Positions 54,400-64,000 of a stretch of 64,000 nucleotides of DNA are shown one piece after another (the stretch's first letter is position 1; every line of letters begins with the position of its first letter). The notes beneath the pieces were generated by a model that did not search any database, had not been told where the DNA came from, and worked only from the letters and a program-made list of their open reading frames with translations. Source of the stretch: Eledone cirrhosa (lineage: Eukaryota); NCBI GenBank assembly GCA_964016885.1, contig CAXHJY010000079.1, positions 62,001 through 126,000 on the forward strand, read 5' to 3'. Both the position numbers and the translations under genes were made by a program.

Positions 54400-55525
54400 G
54401 AAACCATGACATGAAACAAAACATTGTTTTCTCTCTTCAAGGAATCAAATTCAAAAGAGAATCTGAATCCACAGATATTTGTGATGAAAAGGAAAACATA
54501 GAAGAAATTAAAGTTGAAATCAGATCTCCAGAATTCCACACTAAAATAATGGCAAGAAAAAGACCAACATGGCCAATACCCAAAAAAGCTGAATAGGAAG
54601 GAAGTGGACAAACAAAAGTCATAAAATTGGCTAAGAAGTGCAGGAATACAAGCCAAGATTAAAGGATTTCTAATTGCAGCACAAGATCAAAGCCTTCCCT
54701 ACCAGAAACCACCAAAAGTACATCGTAATGAAGCAGAACACAGTAAGTACAGAATATGTGATGACGAGGAACAAACAATTAATCAGTCTTTGGCAAAAAG
54801 GAAGATATTTATAGACATGATAGAGGTGGGATATACATACACTGGAAATTATGTGGGATATACATACACTGGAAGTTATGTAGGATATACATACACAGGA
54901 AGTTATGTGGGGCATACATACACTGGAAGTTATGTGGGATATACATACACTGGAAGTTATGTGGGGCATACATACACTGGGAGTTATGTGGGATATACAT
55001 ACACTGGAAATTATGTGGGATATACATACAGTGGAAGTTATGTGGGGCATACATACACTGGAAGTTATGTGGGATATACATACACTGGAAGTTATGTGGG
55101 ATATACATACACTGGAAGTTATGTGGGATATACATACACTGGAAGTTATGTGGGGCATACATACACTGGAAGTTATGTGGGATATACATACACTGGAAGT
55201 TATGTGGGATATACATACACTACAAGATATCAGCAGAAGAAAAAATAGTGCAAACTTACTCCAGAAATGGTGGTAGAGAATGACTGAGTAACCGTACTCT
55301 GGGATATGCCAATAAATATAGACAGGAATATCAAAGTCAACCATATTCTGGCATATGTCAATATGTATACAGACAGAGAGTTCAAGGTAATCATATTCTG
55401 GGATATGTCAATACATACAGGCAGGAATATCAAGCCAATCGACTGGATATTATAGTCAAAGACCTCAAAGAAAAGTAAATGTCTTAATTGATAACAATAT
55501 ATCTACCAAAGAAATGGAGAAATGT
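54400..55525 (+). mobile_element. Degraded R4/Dong-clade LINE (post-RT, CCHC and RLE region) with internal minisatellite
   Basis: Frameshifted translation WQEKDQHGQYP..WLRSAG..GFLIAAQDQSL..YRIC..YRHD..IHWKLC..PEMVVEND..VLWD..ANRLDII matches R4/Dong motifs. Confidence 0.7.
54826..55221. repeat. 27-bp minisatellite, ~14.5 copies
   Basis: Unit gtgggatatacatacactggaagttat. Confidence 0.95.
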
Positions 55526-55945
55526 ATACTCTATAGAGTATATATACTATATTTAGAGTATATATACTATATAGAGTATATATACTATATAGAGTATATA
55601 TACTCTATATAGAGTATATATACTATATAGAGTATATACACGATATAGAGTATATACACTATTCTGTAGAATATACTCTATATAGATTATATATACACTA
55701 TTCTGTAGAATATACTCTATATAGAGTATATATATACTATTCTGTAGAATATACAGTATATATAGTATATATATTCTGTAGAATATACACTATATATAGT
55801 ATATATACACTAGTCTGTAGAATATTCAGTATATATAGTATATATATTCTGTAGAACATACACTATATATAGTATATATATACTATTCTGTAGAATATAC
55901 ACTAGTCTGTAGAATATACAGTATATATAGTATATATATTTTGTG
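55525..55945. repeat. AT-rich palindromic minisatellite
   Basis: tatactatatagagtata and tattctgtagaata units. Confidence 0.85.
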
Positions 55946-56497
55946 GAATTATCAAATATCCTTCTCACAAATTATTGTGTGTTTATTTATATAAAAATCT
56001 GAGATTTCACAACAAACTAATGAGATTTAGTTTAAGATGGAAATATATATTTGTGATTAAATGTTTAAGAAGATTTTTGTATTATCTTCACCTTCATTAC
56101 TGAAACATAAATATGAAATAGAATAAATATAATTCTCTACTTCAATATTAATTGTTCAGGATTTTGAAAAATATACAACAGTTGTTTTTTTTCTTTCAAG
56201 AAGATAAAATGAATGGACTAATTAGAATGAAGCTTTTCAAAATATTATGGTAACAATATTTAATAACATGACATTATAAATAACAATAATAAAAAAAATG
56301 TGGGAATCTCTACTTGGTTAGTTGATGTGTTAGAAACAGCTGCTAAATGTGTATCAAATCACACCTTGTCTTAAAAGGATGTATTGGATATGATCGTAGT
56401 TTGTGTTTAAACAATTCTAACAAGACATATTAATGGCAGCAAGGACTGTTGACCGTCTGTTTGATCAGAGTTAAACAACCACAACAACATCACTTAC

Positions 56498-56674
56498 AGT
56501 CTGAAATTCTTTCTTTCACATACCTATATACAATATATCACCAGCAGCGCTACGATTTAACAATTTTGTGGCCATATTTATAGTGAAATCCACTATCTGT
56601 GGTTTTGAAAAAATTTTGAAAATAACAGAAAATTTGGTAGGATTTAGTAATGTAACTTTCTCATTTTTGAGCTG
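56498..56674 (-). other. Candidate spliced exon (possibly far-upstream 5' UTR exon)
   Basis: Acceptor tgtctttatgtttcaaacag at 56675 and donor act|gtaagtg at 56497; unique sequence; stops in all three frames. Confidence 0.2.
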
Positions 56675-56847
56675 CTGTTTGAAACATAAAGACACAAACT
56701 TATGATGCAAGGTTTTCAGATAAATATGAACACATTACAATAAACAGTTTTGTATCATCGAACCAGGGTCAATTTCAGGTGGGTTGGTATAAAAAAGTTG
56801 AGGTCATGGTCATTCTGACCTTACACACACACACACACATTATATAT

Positions 56848-57024
56848 CTGGCAGTATCGGTAGAGGGTCAGATACCATGCTTTGCAGCATAGTTACGTCT
56901 CTTTATGGTCTGAGTTCAAATCACTCTGAGGTTAACTTTGCCTTTCATCCTTATGGGGTCGATAAAATGAAGTACCATTAATGCACTGGGTAATTGCTGG
57001 CCTTGTGCCAAAAGTAGAAACAAT

Positions 57025-57025
<1 letters not shown>
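56848..57025 (+). mobile_element. Deu/Nin-like SINE
   Basis: tggcagtatcggtagagggtcaga..ctgagttcaaatc..gaggttaactttgcctttcatccttatggggtcgataaaatgaagtacc. Confidence 0.75.
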
Positions 57026-57056
<31 letters not shown>

Positions 57057-57127
57057 ATATATAGATAGATATGTAATAAACAGCATAAGACAATTATTTC
57101 CTTTACCAAAGGTTTCACGAAGACAAA

Positions 57128-57202
57128 GTTTTGTTCTGAAGAACGATTTCAGACGTCTGTCTCAGACTTGTCTGACTTCGTGAAACCTTTGGTAAATGAA
57201 AT
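57128..57202 (+). ncRNA. Type I hammerhead ribozyme (intact core)
   Basis: Stem I gttttgtt/aatgaaat; CTGAAGA 57136-57142; long stem II acga..tcagac-gtctg-tct-cagac..gtctga..tcgt; GAAA 57182-57185; stem III cc-ttt-gg; GTA cleavage triplet ending at 57194. Confidence 0.8.
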
Positions 57203-57458
57203 AATTGTCTTATGTTGTTTATTACATAACTAAATAGCTCTGTAACCTATATAGAGATAGATCCAACTACAATAGCTTCAGAAAATTAAGTTCGCTCCTG
57301 CCCATGCCAAATTATTCCATTTAATGTTTGGTCAATTGAAATTTTGTCATTCTCCCTCTAAATATATATATATAAACACACACACACACACAGATATTCA
57401 TGCACACACATTATATATATATATATATAAAAACACACACAGATATTCATGCACACAC

Positions 57459-57492
<34 letters not shown>

Positions 57493-57524
57493 TGTATATA
57501 TATATATTTATACATATATATATA

Positions 57525-57585
<61 letters not shown>

Positions 57586-57645
57586 CACATATATATATAT
57601 ATACACACATATATATATATATACACACATATATATATATATACA

Positions 57646-60600
57646 GTATTTTTTGTTATTTATTAAGGTTTAAATACGGTGTTTTTGTCGTATTGAACAG
57701 AACAAATCTTGCAGTTTTGCTTTTTGTTAATCGCTTGTTAAACATTCATAACCTTCCAGCTAGCTACCCCACACCCCTCCCACCCGCCCCCACACACCAC
57801 CATTCTTAATACGTGGACCAATCATAAGCCAGAGACCCCCCCCACACGCATCACCATTATTATTATTATAAGCCAGAGACCCCCCCCCCACACGCATCAC
57901 CATTATTATTATTACGCGGACCAATCATAAGCCAGAGGCCTATATTATCGCTTGCACGGTTGCCTTCGATGATGGATGGATGGACGGACTGCGGAATCCT
58001 GGAGAGTGGAAGGGAGAGAAAAATCTGGACGCTCAGAGCGAAAATGCCAAAGTTAAAGTCAAATTCACCTCGTGGACGAGAATGCGAGCACTCCTCTTTG
58101 TTTCGCCCGCGGATGGCTAACATAACCCCATCTCCCCCCGCCCCCACCCCCCCTCCCTCCAAACGCAATCCAAAACTTCAGAGTTGGTACCATAAATGTA
58201 GGCACCCTAAAGGGTCGCGCTAACGAGGTTGTAGAAATGCTTGAACGTAAGGAGGTCGATGTTTGTTGTATTCAAGAGACCAGGTGGAGGGGTGGGTCTG
58301 CTAGATTCATTGAGGGTAAAAAACGATGTTATAAGCTTTTCTGGGTGGGAAACGACGATGGGCTGGGTGGAGTAGGAATCATGGTAGCAGAAAAGTGGGC
58401 AGATAAGATAATAGACGTAAATAGAGTGAACGACAGAATAATTAAAATACGACTTGTCCTCAATAGAACTACGGTGACAGTAATATCTGCGTACGCACCC
58501 CAATCCGGACTGCCCGGCACTATAAAAGACAGATTCTATGAGACACTGATGCTCACTACCTCCCAAATATCTGACAGTGACTATATAATTATTGCAGGCG
58601 ACCTAAATGGTCACGTTGGACAACATTGTGACGGCTACGACGAAATCCATGGAGGCTATGGGTTTGGTACTAGAAATGAGGAAGGCTCCAGAATCCTGGA
58701 ATTCTGTGATGCAAATAACCTAACTATCTGTAACACTAACTTCAAAAAACGTGACAATCACCTGATCACCTATAGATCCGGGGAACACTCAAGCCAGGTA
58801 GATTATATCCTTACCAGAAGACGTGACAGAGTGTCTGTTGTAAACACTAAATCCCTCCCCCATGAAGAATGCACCTCCCAACATAGACTGATAATTAGCG
58901 ACCTCATAGTCAGGACGAGACGTACTCGACAGCAGAAGAGGACTATCCTCAGGAGAAAAATATGGAAGCTAAAGGACCCCACAGCCAAAAATAAATTTCA
59001 AAACATATTACTCGATGCTTTCGACAGTAAGGAAGAACATTTAGAGTCGGACAATATAGAGGGACAGTGGGAATTTCTGAAAGCAAACCTGCTGTTGGCG
59101 ACAGACGAAGTCTGTGGCTGGAGCAGGCCTGTAGGCAGGAGGAGAGTAACATGGTGGTGGAGCAGTAAGGTGGAGGGGTCAATTAAGGCCAAAAAGCAGG
59201 CTTGGAAAGTATGGCGGGATGGGGGAAGTAGAGTAGACTATCAAGTGGCCAGGAGGGAAGCTAGGAGAGAAGTGTACTTAGCAAGAAGGGAAGCTGAGGA
59301 AAGAAAGTTCAAGCATGTCCTACAACGCGATGACCAAAAACGTGAGGTGTTCAGGATTGCTAGGCAATGCGTCAAGGAAAACCATGATATTGTCGGGGAG
59401 AAGTGTGTACTTAACGATGATGGTATACTTGCCATCACCGACACTGATAAGAAGGTAGCTTGGAAGTGTCACTATGAAAGGCTACTAAATGAGGAGAATA
59501 AATGGGAGAAAGACAGTCTCCCCCATATCGACCCAATAGAGGGACCAGCAGTGTTAGTCGAGGGGAGTATAATAAGTAAGGCAATCAAGGATATGAAGAC
59601 GGGTAAGGCGGCTGGGCCTTCGGAAATAGTTGCTGAGATGCTGAAGGCATCTGGCACGGTGGGACACACCATGGTCACTCGCATAGTTAACCATGTCGTA
59701 CAGAATGGGGTTGTTCCGAAGGACTGGCATAGCAGCATTATCGTTAACTGTTATAAGGGTAAAGGAGACGCCCTAGATAGGAGTAACTATAGAGGCATTA
59801 AATTAATCGACCAGGTCATGAAGGTCACGGAAAAAGTAATAGCGCAACTAATCAGAGAGAGAATTGACCTAGATGAAATGCAGTTCGGGTTTGTGTCAGG
59901 CAAAAGTACCACAGACACTCTTTTCATAGTACGACAACTACAGGAGAAGTTCCTAGCTAAAGGTAAACCCCTCTACTTAGCTTTTGTCGACTTGGAGAAA
60001 GCCTTCGACAGAGTCCCCCGCTCCATTATCTGGTGGGCTCTTAGAAAACTAGGCGTTGACGAATGGCTTGTGAGGGCTATACAAGCCATGTATAAAGAAA
60101 CAGTCAGCAAGGTTAGAATTAACAACGAATATAGTGAAGAGTTTAGCGTAAAAGTTGGCGTCCATCAGGGCTCTGTTCTCAGCCCGCTACTATTTATTAT
60201 TGCCCTTCAGGCTATAACAGAGGAGTTCAAGACAGGCTGCCCATGGGAACTCCTATACGCAGACGACCTGACACTCATAGCGGAATCAATGGCCGAGCTA
60301 GAGAAGAAATTCCAAACATGGAAGCACGGCCTAGAGTCAAAAGGACTTAAAATTAACCTGGCTAAGACCAAAGTTCTAGTTTGTAGGAAAGAAAACAAGG
60401 CGGCGGTCCCTTCTGGGAAATGGTCGTGCTCGGTGTGTAGGAAAGGCGTAGGTAGAAACTCCATTTTATGTCCTAAATGCAAAGTATGGGTGCATAAAAG
60501 ATGTAGTGGGATCACAGGTAAGCTAACTAAGAACATAGATTTTACATGTGGCCGGTGTTCTGGTGCAATAAGTAGCAGCAAGTGCCCACACAATACTAGC

Positions 60601-61564
60601 TCTTTCAATTGCGCAGAGGGTTCTATAGAAATAGTGGACAGCTTCCGTTACCTGGGCGATAAAATCAGCAGTGGGGGAGGGTGCTCTGAAAGTACTGTAG
60701 CTAGAGTCAGAACTGGTTGGAAAAAGTTCAGAGAGCTTATACCACTATTAGCTGCTAAAGGGTTCTCCCTAAAAATGAAAGGCAGGTTGTACGATGCCTG
60801 CATACGAACAGCAATGTTGCATGGCAGTGAGACCTGGGCATTGTGTGCAGAGGATATACGCAGACTAGAGAGGAACGAAGCTTGCATGCTCCGCTGGATG
60901 TGTAACAGTAATATACGTGAACGGCAAAGCATAAATGAACTAAGGAAAAAATTAGAGATAAGAGGGATCAGATGTTGTTTACTCGAGAGAAGGCTACGTT
61001 GGTATGGACACGTGATGCGCATGAAAGTCGATAGCTGTATAACAAAGTGCAGGGCAATAAAGATAGACGGTAGCCACGGAATAGGCAGACCTAGAAAAAC
61101 CTGGGACGAGCTGATAAACTCCGACCTCACACACTTACACCTCACTGGACCGAGACCTTTGGCGGTACTCAGTAACAGAGAAGACCCGCCTTGCCAGTAG
61201 GCATCTCTAACAAAATACACCCCGTCCCGCCACCACCCCCACCCATCCACACCACCCCGTCCTATGTAAAGTTATGTTGGTGCCGCGCCATCCAGGCCGA
61301 AACAAATGAGATCGTGTAGGTGTCACGACAAAAAAACACACAGTCCACGCTGTAATGTGGCCGTGTAGGCAACACGGTAAAAACCTCCCAGACCCACACT
61401 GTAAATGTGGTTGGTGTTAGGAAGGGCATCCAACTGTAGAAAACCTACCAGACAGTCCTATGCGAGCAAGACAATCACTCTTGCCTCAAGTGGGACTACC
61501 CCCGTCCAAACCCATGCAAGCGTGGAACACGGACGTTAAACGTTGATGATGATGATGATGATGA
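57646..61564 (+). mobile_element. Near full-length RTE-clade LINE
   Basis: 5' region with tandem ccaatcataagccagagaccccc repeats (57811-57938), long APE-RT ORF, 3' UTR ending in (GAT)n; bounded by (TA)n on both sides. Confidence 0.9.
58237..61200 (+). CDS. RTE LINE ORF: AP endonuclease, reverse transcriptase and PHD-like zinc finger
   Basis: CIQETRW, SAYAPQ, GDLNGHVG, SQVDYIL, SQHRL (APE); NYRGIKL, QFGF, FVDLEKAFDRV, GVHQGSVLSPLLF, LYADD, FRYLG (RT); CSVC..CPKCKVWVHKRC..CGRC; GRPRKTW. The frame is open from 58126 and includes FRVGTINVGTL upstream of the ATG. Confidence 0.95.
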   Translation: MLERKEVDVCCIQETRWRGGSARFIEGKKRCYKLFWVGNDDGLGGVGIMVAEKWADKIIDVNRVNDRIIKIRLVLNRTTVTVISAYAPQSGLPGTIKDRFYETLMLTTSQISDSDYIIIAGDLNGHVGQHCDGYDEIHGGYGFGTRNEEGSRILEFCDANNLTICNTNFKKRDNHLITYRSGEHSSQVDYILTRRRDRVSVVNTKSLPHEECTSQHRLIISDLIVRTRRTRQQKRTILRRKIWKLKDPTAKNKFQNILLDAFDSKEEHLESDNIEGQWEFLKANLLLATDEVCGWSRPVGRRRVTWWWSSKVEGSIKAKKQAWKVWRDGGSRVDYQVARREARREVYLARREAEERKFKHVLQRDDQKREVFRIARQCVKENHDIVGEKCVLNDDGILAITDTDKKVAWKCHYERLLNEENKWEKDSLPHIDPIEGPAVLVEGSIISKAIKDMKTGKAAGPSEIVAEMLKASGTVGHTMVTRIVNHVVQNGVVPKDWHSSIIVNCYKGKGDALDRSNYRGIKLIDQVMKVTEKVIAQLIRERIDLDEMQFGFVSGKSTTDTLFIVRQLQEKFLAKGKPLYLAFVDLEKAFDRVPRSIIWWALRKLGVDEWLVRAIQAMYKETVSKVRINNEYSEEFSVKVGVHQGSVLSPLLFIIALQAITEEFKTGCPWELLYADDLTLIAESMAELEKKFQTWKHGLESKGLKINLAKTKVLVCRKENKAAVPSGKWSCSVCRKGVGRNSILCPKCKVWVHKRCSGITGKLTKNIDFTCGRCSGAISSSKCPHNTSSFNCAEGSIEIVDSFRYLGDKISSGGGCSESTVARVRTGWKKFRELIPLLAAKGFSLKMKGRLYDACIRTAMLHGSETWALCAEDIRRLERNEACMLRWMCNSNIRERQSINELRKKLEIRGIRCCLLERRLRWYGHVMRMKVDSCITKCRAIKIDGSHGIGRPRKTWDELINSDLTHLHLTGPRPLAVLSNREDPPCQ

Positions 61565-61565
61565 T

Positions 61566-61608
<43 letters not shown>

Positions 61609-61653
61609 TATATACATATATATATATATATACATATATACATATATATATAC

Positions 61654-61684
<31 letters not shown>

Positions 61685-61705
61685 CATATATACATATATA
61701 TATAC

Positions 61706-61736
<31 letters not shown>

Positions 61737-61851
61737 CATATATACATATATATATACATATATATATATACATATATATATACATATATATATATATACA
61801 TATATACATATATACATACATACATATATATATACATATATATATATATAC

Positions 61852-61922
<71 letters not shown>

Positions 61923-61942
61923 TATATACATACATATATATA

Positions 61943-62164
61943 TGAGGAACGATCGACTTTCGTCAAATCGGACCGAGGGAACAATGTTTCCGTTGGTCTT
62001 TCCAATTGCTAATACTATCTATCGGTCGCAACTCCAGGTAGAAGGAGCAACGTGAAATAAAGTGTCTTGCTCAAGGACATAACGCATCGCCTGGTCCAGG
62101 AATCGAACTCACAACCTCACGATTGTGAATCCAATTCTCTAACCACTCAGCCACACGCCTTCAC
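61943..62164 (-). mobile_element. Full-length tRNA-headed CORE-like SINE with non-RTE tail
   Basis: Minus strand A-box tggctgagtgg, B-box gagttcgattcc, CORE-like tccttgagcaagacactttatttcacgttgctcc; tail ends in (TA)n. Confidence 0.8.
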
Positions 62165-62257
62165 AATATATATATACATATATATATACATACATATATA
62201 TATACATACATATATATATACATACATATATACATACATATATATATACATACATAT

Positions 62258-62296
<39 letters not shown>

Positions 62297-62428
62297 TGTA
62301 AAGTTATATTTAAAATTGTTGGGTTACAACTAGTAAATATTTATAACTGATATAAAAGCACTCGACAAATATTTGGAGTATATTTACAATATTAAATAAA
62401 TGGAAAACTATATTTATAAAACCATATT

Positions 62429-62494
62429 TATTTCATTACATATATTTCGGGGATATCATATTAACAATATGCTATGCCTTCATCAGACAAAATA
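62429..62494 (-). ncRNA. Type I hammerhead motif (left palindrome arm)
   Basis: Mirror of 62669-62734; stem III reads tatatg. Confidence 0.65.
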
Positions 62495-62668
62495 CAATAT
62501 AAACAGTTTTATAGATAAATATATTCGACATACCGTAATAAACATCAACTTCATTTGAAGAGGTTTACTCTAGCAGTAGAGGTTTACTGCTAGAGTAAAC
62601 CTCTTCAAATGAAGTTGATGTTTATTACGGTATGTCGAATATATTTATCTATAATACTGTTTATATTG

Positions 62669-62734
62669 TATTTTGTCTGATGAAGGCATAGCATATTGTT
62701 AATATGATATCCCCGAAATATATATAATGAAATA
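62669..62734 (+). ncRNA. Type I hammerhead motif with palindromic (dimer-type) stem III
   Basis: tattttgt-CTGATGA-aggcatagcatatt-gtt-aatatgatatcccc-GAAA-tatata-TA-atgaaata; 8-bp stem I, 11/14-bp stem II (A-C mismatch at its base). Confidence 0.7.
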
Positions 62735-62774
62735 AATATGGTTTTATAAATATAGTTTTCCATTTATTTAATAT

Positions 62775-64000
<1,226 letters not shown>

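Noticed and set aside
54790-55276. YTYTGSYVG repeat protein ORFs
   Set aside because: 27-bp minisatellite inside a decayed LINE.
56516-56710. ORF ending DILYIGM, superficially like the plexin LYIG motif
   Set aside because: No other Sema motifs and an immediate stop; kept only as a weak candidate non-coding exon.
58207-61250. Minus-strand ORFs overlapping the RTE
   Set aside because: Antisense shadows of the coding strand with no recognisable domains.
62090-62164. tRNA-like sequence with A and B boxes
   Set aside because: Continues into a CORE-like SINE body; it is a SINE head, not a tRNA gene.

Overview
Eukaryotic, AT-rich and extremely microsatellite/minisatellite-rich animal DNA. The repeat landscape ((TA)n, (GAT)n, tRNA-derived SINEs, RTE LINEs) looks like an octopus/coleoid cephalopod genome; this is inference. 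The only host gene I can support is a minus-strand plexin-like Sema-domain receptor: a large first coding exon (27698-26682) spliced in phase 0 across a ~21 kb intron to a 198-bp exon (5520-5323), continuing off the left edge. The rest is mobile and repetitive DNA: a near full-length RTE LINE (APE-RT with an embedded PHD-type finger), 5'-truncated RTE and R4/Dong LINE relics, CORE-like and Deu/Nin-like SINEs, TTAA piggyBac-type MITEs and many minisatellites. The most interesting signal is a recurring class of fold-back (inverted-repeat) inserts inside (TA)n tracts. Several carry type I hammerhead ribozyme folds (best at 57128-57202; a mirror pair inside a 394-bp palindrome at 62385-62778), and one retains a Penelope-type GIY-YIG endonuclease remnant (44313-44537). 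They look like TA-microsatellite-associated Penelope-like/retrozyme elements. Nearly all ORFs in the supplied track are simple-repeat artefacts. Repeat boundaries are approximate and read by eye.
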